A stretch of DNA of 64,000 nt, taken from NCBI GenBank assembly GCA_020059465.1, contig JAGVBZ010000041.1, forward strand, positions 9,112 to 73,111, given 5' to 3'. A model generated the notes under the pieces. The model had not been told where the DNA came from. It did not search any database and saw only the letters and a program-made list of their open reading frames with translations. The stretch comes from Brevinematales bacterium (GTDB lineage Bacteria > Spirochaetota > Brevinematia > Brevinematales > GWF1-51-8). The position numbers were made by a program, and so were the translations under genes. Positions 1 through 9,824 of the stretch are shown here, one piece after another (positions within the stretch are counted from its first letter, which is position 1; each line of letters starts with the position of its first letter).

Positions 1-410
1 GAGATTTCCTTCATGATCTTATAGCCTACGAGCGGCTCCCGGATAGCGAGCGCGTCAAAATCCTCTTTATTGATCTCGTAGAGGATGCAGGGGGTAATCG
101 CTTTGATGGTCGCGGAACGGGGAGCGCCGGTAATCAGCGACATCTCGCCGAAAACGCTCATCTGCTTGGCGTCGAGAGACGCGATCGATTTCTCGGCGTC
201 GCTCCATTTATGTGAACCAACCTTTAAGGTTATATGACTGACAACCTGCACCACTCCCTCGCGAAAGATATACATCGTGTACCCTTCCTCCCCCTCGGTC
301 ACAATCGTTTCGCTTTCACGGTATTTCACACGCTTTAAAATCGAGAAGAACTTTTCCAGTTCCAGCGGAGTCAGTTCCTTAAAAAAAGATATTTCCGATA
401 AGAAATTCAT
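1..410 (-). CDS. cyclic nucleotide-binding domain protein, N-terminal part only (gene runs off the window edge)
   Basis: My own translation of the minus strand from the ATG at 410-408 gives MNFLSEISFFKELTPLELEKFF...YIFREGVVQV...FGEMSLITGAPRSATIKA. The FGE..L....RSAT block is the cNMP-binding signature. GGAGG lies about 20 nt upstream. Confidence 0.6.
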   Translation of the reverse strand, partial: MNFLSEISFFKELTPLELEKFFSILKRVKYRESETIVTEGEEGYTMYIFREGVVQVVSHITLKVGSHKWSDAEKSIASLDAKQMSVFGEMSLITGAPRSATIKAITPCILYEINKEDFDALAIREPLVGYKIMKEI

Positions 411-435
411 ATCATCATTCGACAAAACGGGCCTC

Positions 436-1620
436 CTAATAGATCACAAACGCAAGTGTATCTTCATCGGATAAAACATAAGAGTCTTCAGGATTGATCT
501 TCACCTTATACTTTTCTTCCTCGCTCTCGAAATACCCCTGTTCCGCCTCCTTAAACTTAGCCCTGATAAACGCGTCTATCGCGTTATCGCTGGTCAGAAG
601 ATCGTCGATAGTCAGTTCGCGTTCGGTCGCCAGCAGCGCGACGACCATTCCTTTCGCGCGCTCGCGGTAGTATTTAAATAAATCGGTAAAACTTTTCCCG
701 ATGAGACTTTTAGGGATACTTTCAAGCCGAACTTTCGGTTCATCATAGTTCACAATCAGCTCCCGGAAAAACGCCGGCATAGCGGGTGAAACCAGCGAAC
801 TGGATATCAGAATGGGATTAAACTCACTGCTCTGAATAATATTATCCGCGCCCGCGCGGACAATATGCTTCATCTTCTCCTGCTTGATTACTTCGCAGAA
901 TATTTTTATCTCAGGGTTGATCGCCTTGATAGTCAGCACCGCAAGAAGGGTGCGTTCGTCGGCTTCGTCGATCAGTTTCTTCCCGTAGACATCGGCTATC
1001 ACAATCACCGTACTCGCAAAATCGATATTCGCCCGTTTCAGCACGCTTTCTTTCGTGAAATCGCCGTGGACGAAACGGATATTGTATCCCATGAATTTTG
1101 AACGAATTTCATCGTAATCGTCTTCATTCCCATCGTTGACCAGTACGAGGTTAAAATTCCTGTTCCCGAGGAATAACGGAATAGAAGTGATGATTTTATC
1201 CAGATTCTGGTTCCATCCTAATATGAGGATATGATCTTTAAGGTTCACTTTTCCTAATCCCCTCCTTTCTTTTAATCGGAGATCGACCAATACCGAAGCG
1301 ACACTACCGGAGAATATTGAAAACACCGATATACCCGCAATCAGAGTGGCTATACCGACCAATTTCCCCGGGACGGATTTCGGAACATAATCCCCGTATC
1401 CCACGGTAGTTATCGTAACAAACAGCCACCACACGGTGTCGAATAACGAATTTATCTGAGTGTCGGGGGTCTTATTTATTGTCTCGACGGCAAACATGAG
1501 AATTCCGAGAAGAAACGGAACGGTACTCAGCAGGAAAAATATCCGGCTGCTTGGTTCGCTCCATTTTGTTTTTAGAAAAAATCCGATATTCTTAAAAAAT
1601 CCAGTCTGCTTAGTTTTCAC
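436..1620 (-). CDS. two-TM potassium channel with RCK/TrkA-like cytoplasmic domain
   Basis: Canonical selectivity filter TITTVGYGDYVP. Followed by a Rossmann-like HILILGWNQNLDKII segment. The GTG start overlaps the upstream stop (GTGA). Confidence 0.8.
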   Translation of the reverse strand: MKTKQTGFFKNIGFFLKTKWSEPSSRIFFLLSTVPFLLGILMFAVETINKTPDTQINSLFDTVWWLFVTITTVGYGDYVPKSVPGKLVGIATLIAGISVFSIFSGSVASVLVDLRLKERRGLGKVNLKDHILILGWNQNLDKIITSIPLFLGNRNFNLVLVNDGNEDDYDEIRSKFMGYNIRFVHGDFTKESVLKRANIDFASTVIVIADVYGKKLIDEADERTLLAVLTIKAINPEIKIFCEVIKQEKMKHIVRAGADNIIQSSEFNPILISSSLVSPAMPAFFRELIVNYDEPKVRLESIPKSLIGKSFTDLFKYYRERAKGMVVALLATERELTIDDLLTSDNAIDAFIRAKFKEAEQGYFESEEEKYKVKINPEDSYVLSDEDTLAFVIY

Positions 1621-2870
1621 GAGTTCGCCCCGGCGGCCTCACTTCTTACAGAAAGTTTCAGGAAGTTTCTGATAAAGTTTCCGATCTCCGCTTTAATTTC
1701 TTCGTTTAATGATAGAAACTCGAATGCGATGTTCAATCCGGCATTTTCGCCTGGAATGTAATCATATCTGACAATTCTCGAGGTAACCTCGATCTGTTTA
1801 TCGTTCATATACAACGCAAGTTTAACCACTGCGTTCTCGTTGTAAGACCGTGCAAGGTAAACATTTTTCGTATTAGCTAATAGGCCTCCCATGGATATAT
1901 CAATTACCGAGAACGTATCGGATTCGGAGGCGGTCTTCATTTTGGATTTTACCACCACTTCGCCGAGAATATCCGCGAGACCTTTAATGTAATAGATATC
2001 GTATATCGTCAGATGCTTATATTTCGGGTCAGTCGGCACCGAAACTTCTATCACCCCGGAGACCAGATCGCCGATCAATATCGGTACCATACAATAGGAA
2101 ATCACGTTCCGGTTGAGGTAATTCGCCCGAATCTGTTCCAATATTTCAGGCGATAAAGTTTTTCCCGCCATTTCAAAGTATTTCTCGTACCCGATGATAT
2201 TATACTTTGCCCCGAGGTGGACATAATTGTTCAGGTTATCCGTATCGTTAATCCAGAACGTTTTTTGATAACGGTAAACAACTTTTTCCAACGGCGAGAG
2301 ACTGTTGATATCTTTAAAAATATTAGTTTTATAGAAGTTTGAGTAACGCGACAGCTCTTCTCCGATCATCTGTACAATACCTTTTATATCCGGGGATTCC
2401 TGATTCAGCTCCATATAGATTTTTTGCATATTGGGAGGAAGTTCTTCAATGTTCGGCTTCGAAGTCGGTGTCGCATCTGATGAACTCTCGAGCGAGAGTA
2501 TCGCCATTTTGATCCCGTCTTTCGGTAATGATACACGGGTAAATTTGCGCATCGCATGACTGGTCATACCTTCGGGAAGACTGATATCGATGCTTTTCAG
2601 CGGAAGACTGAGCACCCGAAGGTCTACAAAATCAGAGGAATAGAAAAAACGGCTGTATTCGAATGTGAGCTTCAGATTTTTTATCGGCACCAAATCGGGA
2701 ATTTTATCGAAAAAGATTGTGACATAGTTCGAATCGCTTTTCGTAATAAACCCTGAAACAATAGTGTTATTATTTACGCCTTTTATACTGATCGCAATAT
2801 GTTTCAGTCGAACCTGGTTCAAAACAGAAATTATTTCCGTTTTTTTAATACTGCTTCCTTTTTCCATCAT
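1617..2870 (-). CDS. signalling protein with GAF-like middle region and PilZ-like C-terminal domain
   Basis: C-terminal FSVIDISMGGLL matches the PilZ DxSxxG motif. An RKFTR (RxxxR) lies far upstream in the N-terminal part. The middle VPILIGDLVSGVIEVS resembles a GAF core. The stop overlaps the channel gene start. Confidence 0.4.
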   Translation of the reverse strand: MMEKGSSIKKTEIISVLNQVRLKHIAISIKGVNNNTIVSGFITKSDSNYVTIFFDKIPDLVPIKNLKLTFEYSRFFYSSDFVDLRVLSLPLKSIDISLPEGMTSHAMRKFTRVSLPKDGIKMAILSLESSSDATPTSKPNIEELPPNMQKIYMELNQESPDIKGIVQMIGEELSRYSNFYKTNIFKDINSLSPLEKVVYRYQKTFWINDTDNLNNYVHLGAKYNIIGYEKYFEMAGKTLSPEILEQIRANYLNRNVISYCMVPILIGDLVSGVIEVSVPTDPKYKHLTIYDIYYIKGLADILGEVVVKSKMKTASESDTFSVIDISMGGLLANTKNVYLARSYNENAVVKLALYMNDKQIEVTSRIVRYDYIPGENAGLNIAFEFLSLNEEIKAEIGNFIRNFLKLSVRSEAAGANS

Positions 2871-2876
2871 ACACCC

Positions 2877-3923
2877 CTATTCTTGTAGCAGATAAACTTT
2901 AATCGTCTTATCACGGGAACCTGTAGCGATGTATTCTCCTCCGGGACTATTGCAAATACTCATTACATCTCCCCAATGATCTTTTACACGTGTCAATTCC
3001 TCACCGGTTTTCGCATTAAACGCGATTACCTCATCATCTTCACCCCCGGAAAACACGAACCGCGAATTCTTCGAGAATACCGCAACCAGCACACTTCCAT
3101 TATGTCCCTTTAAAACCTGAGCCGGCTTCGTATAATCCCCGACTTTCCAGACGGAAGTTGTAGAATCAGCAGACGCAAGCAGCAGGTTCTTTCCATCGGG
3201 TGATATATCCACATATTCTATCGGAGAATCATGATACTTTATTTCCGACTTCATTGTCAAGTCGGGAAAGACCCATATTCTGCCGAATTTATCTTCACCT
3301 CCGCTTAAGAGGTACTTCCCGTCAGGAGAAAGACAGATACTCCATATCTCCTTTTCATGCGCTTTTATTGTCTTTAACTGCGTTAAATCGGGCAATGTCC
3401 AAAGAGTCAGATTACCGTCCACACCGCCTGTTACCACATAATTGCCGTCTTTTGTAACCGCAAGACATTGAATGCCCCTTTCATGCGCTTTTTGCTCTGA
3501 AATAATTGTCAATGTATCGGGCTTATATACTTTTAACGTATCATATACTCCGCCGATCAAGTATTTCCCGTCTGCAGAGTATGTCAGGGGGATACCCCAG
3601 ATCTCCTTATATATTTCATACTTTCTCAGCTTTTCCTTTCCGGCGTCAAAATCCCAGAGGCGGATTGTTTTATCCGCTGACCCCGAAGCGATCGTCTTTC
3701 CGTCAGGAGAAAACTGCACATAAAAAATATACTGGTCATGCCCGCTTAAACTTTTCAGTAAAATCAAACTTAGCTTATTGACCGGCACGACATTGTTTTC
3801 AGGAACATCCGGTTGGGGCACATTGATTGTGTCCGGAGGTTTGACCACAGCATCTCCGCAGGAAAGCGAGTTTACTAAAAGCACCGAGACGATGATAGTG
3901 CCCACCCGAAATAGATTCTTCAT
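2877..3923 (-). CDS. WD40-repeat lipoprotein
   Basis: Signal peptide ends in LSCG. Repeated SPDGK...(S/G)GS.D.T(I/V)..W units are typical of WD40 blades. Confidence 0.8.
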   Translation of the reverse strand: MKNLFRVGTIIVSVLLVNSLSCGDAVVKPPDTINVPQPDVPENNVVPVNKLSLILLKSLSGHDQYIFYVQFSPDGKTIASGSADKTIRLWDFDAGKEKLRKYEIYKEIWGIPLTYSADGKYLIGGVYDTLKVYKPDTLTIISEQKAHERGIQCLAVTKDGNYVVTGGVDGNLTLWTLPDLTQLKTIKAHEKEIWSICLSPDGKYLLSGGEDKFGRIWVFPDLTMKSEIKYHDSPIEYVDISPDGKNLLLASADSTTSVWKVGDYTKPAQVLKGHNGSVLVAVFSKNSRFVFSGGEDDEVIAFNAKTGEELTRVKDHWGDVMSICNSPGGEYIATGSRDKTIKVYLLQE

Positions 3924-4016
3924 AACCGTTTCCTGTATAACTCTTCACAATAAAAGGCTAAGGATCCCTTACCCTCAGCCTTTTATTGAATAATTGATCA
4001 TCTTTATACTAGAATC

Positions 4017-4730
4017 TTACCAGTTATCCCACATATCGTCGGGGTTCTGATTCACTTCCGAGAAAATATCGGTATCAGCTGTCAGGTAATCAAAGTAAAT
4101 ATAGAACGGGGTGCCGAGAATATCTTCAGGACTAAAATCGATCCTGAAGCCGAGGAATGTAATACCGCGTTCTTCGGTAATCTTATAATTATCCTGTTCG
4201 ATTGTGGTCGGTATCTGTACCGAAACCAGCTTCCATCCCGTCCAAATCAGCTTTTCACCGTCGAGGAATTTCATCCGGTCGAGATAATCCCTGAGAATAA
4301 GTATAAGTTTATGACGGTAGTTTCTCCCCACAACCCAAACGTTCAACGACTTGGTGATTCCGGGAATTTTTATCGGCTTGGGAGGAGTAATAGTAATCCA
4401 ACTCCAATCACGCTTCATAAATTCGGTTTTTACACCAAGTACATATAAATTATTGCCGTTGGTGATTTTCATAGGTCCGCCGGGACGCACCATCGCCATT
4501 GTTACGCCGTAATCACGGGGCATGAACGATGTCCATTCACCGGAAGACTCGAAGTCTTCAACAAGAAATCTCTGTAGAAGCTGATTTCCGCCGAGACCCG
4601 CGTTGGTATCAATAACCGGTAACGCGACTTCCATCCCTTTTGCCTTATCGCTAACTGACTGCGAAAAGGCTAAGGTGGTTATTATGACCGCGGAAAACAC
4701 TATCCCGCTAATTATCCATTTAAACTTCAT
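4017..4730 (-). CDS. FlaA-like flagellar filament outer-layer (sheath) protein, paralog 1
   Basis: Signal peptide present. Conserved block SLNVWVVGRNYRHKLILILRDY...GWKLVSVQIP and C-terminal FYIYFDYLTADTD, which I recall as the core of spirochaetal FlaA. Start set at the internal ATG (MKFKW), preceded by GGGAGGA. Confidence 0.55.
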   Translation of the reverse strand: MKFKWIISGIVFSAVIITTLAFSQSVSDKAKGMEVALPVIDTNAGLGGNQLLQRFLVEDFESSGEWTSFMPRDYGVTMAMVRPGGPMKITNGNNLYVLGVKTEFMKRDWSWITITPPKPIKIPGITKSLNVWVVGRNYRHKLILILRDYLDRMKFLDGEKLIWTGWKLVSVQIPTTIEQDNYKITEERGITFLGFRIDFSPEDILGTPFYIYFDYLTADTDIFSEVNQNPDDMWDNW

Positions 4731-4744
4731 TTGTTTCCTCCCGC

Positions 4745-5560
4745 CTACCATTTAGTATTTGCAAGATCATCGCCGTTGAATCTCTCTATATATACATCGG
4801 TCTGGACTTGTAGATAATCGAAATATGCAAAGAATTGATCAATACGCTCGGTGGGGTACGCCCAAAGTTTGATCATTTCCAACGTGAGAGATTTCAGGAA
4901 CGGCACATGATATTCAGCCTGAGGAATGTACCCGGGTATGGGTGTTCTGAGATTTCTCCACCCGACATAGCCGATATCCCCGGCATTTAACCTATAAGTA
5001 AATCCCTTATAATCCTTCAGATAAAATTCCAGCCAATAGTGATAATTTCCGCCCCATACCCACATATCGAGGCTTTTAATTACGCCGGGCAGAGTGATGT
5101 TCGTTACCTTCTCGTTAGGATTCTTCGTTGAATCGGGAGCGGAATTTTTATCAGCGGGAAGACTGCCCTCCGCACGATACGGTACAACCTCTATCCAGTT
5201 ATAGGATTGTTTAATGAAAGTAGCCTTGATGCCCAGACAGTAAATCTGATTGGTATCAACCTCCATCGGCAATCCCAGCGGCTTACCTTTCATATACTGC
5301 GCTAAACAGAATTTAGGGTTAGGCGGACTATTCAGCTGCTTCGGATCGGAAGGAGTAGCGAAACGTGAAAAATTCGCCTTCCAGATTATCTGCTTACTTT
5401 TATCAACATTATCACCGAAGTCGGATACTACAAAAGTCTGTAGGTTTACCGTGTTTTGCTGGTCCTTACTAAACCCGTAAGGATATGCAGTCTTAATCAT
5501 CCCTGAAATAAACACTGCTACTAATGCGGTCACAAGCCAGAACGACGATTTGTATCTCAT
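4745..5560 (-). CDS. FlaA-like flagellar filament outer-layer (sheath) protein, paralog 2
   Basis: Shares the same block as the neighbour: SLDMWVWGGNYHYWLEFYLKDY...GWRNLRTPIP...FFAYFDYLQVQTD. Signal peptide present. AAGGAG RBS. Confidence 0.55.
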   Translation of the reverse strand: MRYKSSFWLVTALVAVFISGMIKTAYPYGFSKDQQNTVNLQTFVVSDFGDNVDKSKQIIWKANFSRFATPSDPKQLNSPPNPKFCLAQYMKGKPLGLPMEVDTNQIYCLGIKATFIKQSYNWIEVVPYRAEGSLPADKNSAPDSTKNPNEKVTNITLPGVIKSLDMWVWGGNYHYWLEFYLKDYKGFTYRLNAGDIGYVGWRNLRTPIPGYIPQAEYHVPFLKSLTLEMIKLWAYPTERIDQFFAYFDYLQVQTDVYIERFNGDDLANTKW

Positions 5561-5592
5561 AGCTCTCTCCTTAGAACTGTATTCTCATCATA

Positions 5593-5949
5593 TTATATCA
5601 CTTTTTCTATCTTATTATCATGATTCACTATCACGATCGCCGGTTTATGAGTTTTCATCTCCTCAGGCGTCATATTCGCAAATGAAGCGATTATCACCCT
5701 GTCCCCGGCACGGTTCAGATGAGCGGCCGCCCCGTTCAGGCATATTACCCCGCTGCCTCTTTCACCCGGTATCGCGTATGTTACCAAACGATTTCCGTTG
5801 GTAATATTCCATACATGAACCATCTCGTAGGAAAGTAATCCCGAACCTTCCATTAAGTCCAAGTCAATGGTAATACTTCCTACATAATCTATATCGGTTT
5901 CCGTAACCACCGCTTTATGAATTTTCGACTTTAATATCGTTAATTGCAT
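5593..5949 (-). CDS. panD: aspartate 1-decarboxylase
   Basis: MQLTILKSKIHKAVVTETDIDYVGSITID...NGAAAH. The full-length match includes the GS self-cleavage site context. Confidence 0.95.
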   Translation of the reverse strand: MQLTILKSKIHKAVVTETDIDYVGSITIDLDLMEGSGLLSYEMVHVWNITNGNRLVTYAIPGERGSGVICLNGAAAHLNRAGDRVIIASFANMTPEEMKTHKPAIVIVNHDNKIEKVI

Positions 5950-6008
5950 TTATTCAAATTCCCCTCTTTAAATCTTAAATGAATTCCCTAAAATATGCAA
6001 ATTTCACC

Positions 6009-6908
6009 TTAATAAAGTCGAATATAAAAATCTCTGCTATTACCCCAGTATCTTCCGGTGGTATAAAGCGCTCCGCCCTTCGCGTTTTTCACTTTATAAT
6101 ATAGGTAGAGATTATAGCTTCCGGGCGGTAAATACTGCCCGTATACGTTCATTCCGTTCCAGTATCGCGTCAGTTGCGCCTGTCCGTTGATTACATCAAT
6201 ATACTTATAGATTGCAAGTAAAAAGTATCCTGTCCGCTTCAACGGTTTTCCTACAGGGACTGCGTAAAGCTGGAACTCGCAAAATCTGGCGCCCTTAATC
6301 TGGGTAAATACCGCCATAGTTATTTTTATATAAACACGGGGCGATACTTCCTGCCCGATAGAATCGTTTCCTACCTTTATATAGCTTCCTTTTGCGGAAG
6401 CGGCCGCCGCGGGAGCCTGTTTTACAGGCTTGATCTGCTGTTGGGGAGTTTTCTGCGGTATTACTATCGCCTTATCACCCGTAGGCGATTTCTTTCCCTG
6501 CGGAACAATCGTATTTTCCACCGGAATCTGGTTCTCCTGTAAATAAACCTGATTCTGTTTTCCCTGATTATTCTGCTTGGACTTCTCAACAGGAGTTTGT
6601 GACGGTACTGTATTGTCCTTCATCGCAATCTGGCCCTCGGTAGGAATCTCTTTCTGGGTCATATCCGCAATAGGCAGATTTGTCATCGTCTCTTCAACTA
6701 TTACGTTAGTCTTATATATATCTTCCATGACTGAACCGCCGACGCCGGGCTGAGAACTCCCGCCGCTCGCGTTCTTCAATATATCCTCTTTAATATACTC
6801 CATGAGCATATCGTTTGTGGAATCAATCTTTTTCTGCTTGGGGCCGCGGTCGCACCCGCTAAGAAGTATCACTACTGACAACAGAAATAAAACCGGCAGT
6901 CTTGCCAC
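6009..6908 (-). CDS. lipoprotein of unknown function with Q/P/K-rich linker
   Basis: Lipobox LLSGC follows a GTG start with a GGAGGA RBS. Low-complexity middle (QNNQGKQNQ...QQQIKPVKQAP). Beta-rich C-terminal domain. Confidence 0.5.
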   Translation of the reverse strand: MARLPVLFLLSVVILLSGCDRGPKQKKIDSTNDMLMEYIKEDILKNASGGSSQPGVGGSVMEDIYKTNVIVEETMTNLPIADMTQKEIPTEGQIAMKDNTVPSQTPVEKSKQNNQGKQNQVYLQENQIPVENTIVPQGKKSPTGDKAIVIPQKTPQQQIKPVKQAPAAAASAKGSYIKVGNDSIGQEVSPRVYIKITMAVFTQIKGARFCEFQLYAVPVGKPLKRTGYFLLAIYKYIDVINGQAQLTRYWNGMNVYGQYLPPGSYNLYLYYKVKNAKGGALYTTGRYWGNSRDFYIRLY

Positions 6909-6931
6909 CTTTTCCTCCGAACGACGCGGTA

Positions 6932-8260
6932 CTATTTTATCTTCGAATACTTAAACGAATACACCACCAAACCGCTGAGCAATTTCGGGTAAAAATCCGT
7001 CGATTTATGCGGCATCTCTTCGTTATTATCGGCAATTTTCACAACATTTACAGGATTTACAGGATTTAATATAAACGCGACCTCATAATCCCCGCTTTTT
7101 ACCAAATCAAAAGCCTTGTTATCGCCGCGGATATAATGAATCTGCTTTTCCTCGTTCTCGGAGCTGATTTTAAAATACGGTTCGAGGATTGTTTTCTCAA
7201 GCATCAGCACATCCAGTCCCTTCAAGTCCTCCGATACGCTTCCCCCGATGTTTACATTGACACCGTCCTTCAGTATCAGTAAGAAAAACTTATTCGGAAT
7301 TCTCTTGAACACCGCGCCGAATGCTTTCTGACCTGTATTCTTATACTGAGTCAGCATTTTGCGTATCTTAATACGCGCCGCACGCTCCATTCTCGCGTCG
7401 GTGAAATCCATCGCGGCAATTTTATATTGGGCGCCGAGATTCTTCAGGAGTTCTACGGGAGAAGCACTCATTTCTTTAATCAGACGATGTGTGGGAAGAA
7501 TTTTTATTCCCGGGTCGAACACGTTGAAGAAAACTCCCATGATGTAGTTAAAAGCTTCCTTCCCGGTATACTTAGGGCCGAGCTCGGCTTTACATTCGGA
7601 CATATATTTCCGCGCAGTCTCATAACGGTGATGCCCGTCTGCGATATATACGGGCTGATTTGCAAAGAAAGCGCGGATTTTCCCGGCGGCGTCGGGTTTT
7701 ACCCGGTATAGCTTATGCAGCGTTCCTTCGGCGTCGGTAACCTCGAATACCAGGGCTTCGCCGGACGTATTGCCTTGTATATCCTGCTTGATCGCGTTCT
7801 GCTGATCCTTATAGAGGAAAAATATGCTCTCCAACGAAGACTGGGTCTCGTTCAGGAGCGCGTACCTGTCCTCGATAAACTCATTGAACGTTTTTTCATG
7901 CGGTTTTATGATGTTTCCGTATTCTTCTTCCAATTTTAATAACCCGATAATTCCATGCCGGGTATATTGTTCCCCGTCGAAATTAAAAGTCTGTTCGTAA
8001 ACATAGTACCCGGGTTCGCCGTCGATAACCATTACATCCCGTAATAACCATCCGAACATTCTGTGCATAGCGCTGCGGTATTTTTCATCTCCATCGCCTT
8101 CGGGCAATATCACCGAGACAAAATTATACGGATCCTGCTCCTCAAGATCATTTTTCAATTCATTATCTATCATATCATATGGGGGACACACCACCCGTGA
8201 TAGATTGGGAACCTTAGCAGGATTGTAATGCATCGCTCCGAATTCGATAATTTCGGCCAT
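6932..8260 (-). CDS. DUF1015 family protein
   Basis: Length of about 440 aa. The IADGHHRYETA motif is characteristic of DUF1015. Confidence 0.75.
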   Translation of the reverse strand: MAEIIEFGAMHYNPAKVPNLSRVVCPPYDMIDNELKNDLEEQDPYNFVSVILPEGDGDEKYRSAMHRMFGWLLRDVMVIDGEPGYYVYEQTFNFDGEQYTRHGIIGLLKLEEEYGNIIKPHEKTFNEFIEDRYALLNETQSSLESIFFLYKDQQNAIKQDIQGNTSGEALVFEVTDAEGTLHKLYRVKPDAAGKIRAFFANQPVYIADGHHRYETARKYMSECKAELGPKYTGKEAFNYIMGVFFNVFDPGIKILPTHRLIKEMSASPVELLKNLGAQYKIAAMDFTDARMERAARIKIRKMLTQYKNTGQKAFGAVFKRIPNKFFLLILKDGVNVNIGGSVSEDLKGLDVLMLEKTILEPYFKISSENEEKQIHYIRGDNKAFDLVKSGDYEVAFILNPVNPVNVVKIADNNEEMPHKSTDFYPKLLSGLVVYSFKYSKIK

Positions 8261-8406
8261 AACGGGTACCTCATTACTTATTTATTTGCTGAATCAGGAA
8301 ATTCCCTCATACTTATCGGCATCTAATATTATACAAATTTAACGAAAAAAGTAAATACTTTTTCCAATTAGTTTTATTTTTAATGTTTTTTTGTATTTCC
8401 CGAACA

Positions 8407-8435
8407 TTGACAGGAACCGGACGGTTCTTTATCAT
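8407..8435 (+). promoter_or_regulatory. candidate sigma70-type promoter for the rdgB operon
   Basis: TTGACA (8407-8412), 17-nt spacer, TATCAT (8430-8435). It lies 26 nt before the ATG at 8461. Confidence 0.35.
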
Positions 8436-8460
8436 TATTCAGCGAATTTGGGAGGGGACA

Positions 8461-9078
8461 ATGAAGCTGATTGTCGCAACACATAACCGGGGCAAAGCCG
8501 TCGAGATACGTGAAATGCTTGCCGGACTGAATATCGAACCCCTCAGTCTCGAGGAGGTCGGTTATCATGACGAGATTATCGAGGACGGCCATACCTATTT
8601 CGCCAATTCGATGAAAAAAGCCCGTGCATTACAGCCCCGCTTTCCCGATAACGCCATACTCGCCGACGATTCGGGTCTCGAGGTCTTTCATCTCGATAAC
8701 CGTCCGGGAATACACTCCGCGCGTTACGCCGGCCCGAAACCGGTACAGGGCGCAATGATCAACAAACTCCTTCAGGAAATGCACGAGGTTCCCGCAAACC
8801 GGCGCGGCGCGCGTTTTGTATGCGTGATGGTGATGCTGCTCCCGGACGGGATGGTGTTTACATCGCGCGGCGAATGCTATGGCGTGATCGGCACCACCCC
8901 GAGGGGCGCCAACGGTTTCGGATTTGACCCGGTATTTCTCCCGGTCGAATTCCAGTTCCAGCATACGTTAGCGGAACTCCCCCTCGACATCAAGAACCAG
9001 ATTTCACACCGTTCTCGCGCGCTTTCGGGAGTCAAGGACATGCTGTCCGAACTCCCCATTTTCTACGGGAAGTCCTGA
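8461..9078 (+). CDS. rdgB: non-canonical purine NTP pyrophosphatase (RdgB/HAM1 family)
   Basis: MKLIVATHNRGKAVEIREML...FGFDPVF. Start moved to the internal ATG after a GGGAGGGG RBS. Confidence 0.9.
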   Translation: MKLIVATHNRGKAVEIREMLAGLNIEPLSLEEVGYHDEIIEDGHTYFANSMKKARALQPRFPDNAILADDSGLEVFHLDNRPGIHSARYAGPKPVQGAMINKLLQEMHEVPANRRGARFVCVMVMLLPDGMVFTSRGECYGVIGTTPRGANGFGFDPVFLPVEFQFQHTLAELPLDIKNQISHRSRALSGVKDMLSELPIFYGKS

Positions 9079-9824
9079 TGGAACGCGAAAGAATTTACCG
9101 GGGGATTCTCTGCCATATTCAGGACGAATGGACTGATTGTCTGATCTCGCCCACCGGAAATGAAACCCGCGGTGCTTCCTCCGCGCCGAATACTCTGAAA
9201 TACGATGTTCCCCTCAATATACCCTACGTAAAATTGCCAGACCCCTATCCCGATACGGACAAGAAAACCGCGCTTCGCGAACTGCGCGAGGAATGCCGGA
9301 TATGCCGCGCGTGCGCGCTTTCCGAAACCGCCACTAATCCCGTATTCGGCGAGGGCAATCCCGATACGGATATCGTATTCGTAGGCGAGGCCCCCGGGGA
9401 AAGCGAGGATCAGTTTGGCCGCCCGTTTGTCGGGAGAGCCGGGAAACTGCTGACAACAACCCTGCGCAGCCTCGGTATCGCCCGCCCGGAAATCTATATA
9501 TGCAATATACTTAAACACCGTCCGCCGAATAACCGTCCGCCCCAGAGCGACGAGGTTGCCGCATGTACTCCTTTCCTCCAGCGGCAATTGGACATCCTCC
9601 AGCCGAAAATTATCATCACGATGGGAAACTATTCCACCCAGTTCCTGCTCGCCACCAAAGAAGGAATCAACCGTCTGCGCGGGGATCTCCACGAATCCCG
9701 TTTCGGGTTTAAAGTTTTCCCGACATTCCATCCTGCTTATATTCTCAGGAATATGCCCGCGCTTCCCGATTTTACCGGCGACCTTGAAAAAGCGATTCTG
9801 CTCACCCGGGGCGATTCTCAATGA
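9078..9824 (+). CDS. uracil-DNA glycosylase, family 4
   Basis: GEGNPDTDIVFVGEAPGESEDQFGRPFVGRAGKLL and HPAYILR motifs. The ATG overlaps the rdgB stop. Confidence 0.9.
   Translation: MERERIYRGILCHIQDEWTDCLISPTGNETRGASSAPNTLKYDVPLNIPYVKLPDPYPDTDKKTALRELREECRICRACALSETATNPVFGEGNPDTDIVFVGEAPGESEDQFGRPFVGRAGKLLTTTLRSLGIARPEIYICNILKHRPPNNRPPQSDEVAACTPFLQRQLDILQPKIIITMGNYSTQFLLATKEGINRLRGDLHESRFGFKVFPTFHPAYILRNMPALPDFTGDLEKAILLTRGDSQ

Noticed and set aside
277-474. 65-aa plus-strand ORF at the left edge
   Set aside because: It overlaps the well-supported cNMP-binding gene on the minus strand and the end of the channel gene. It has no RBS or family features.
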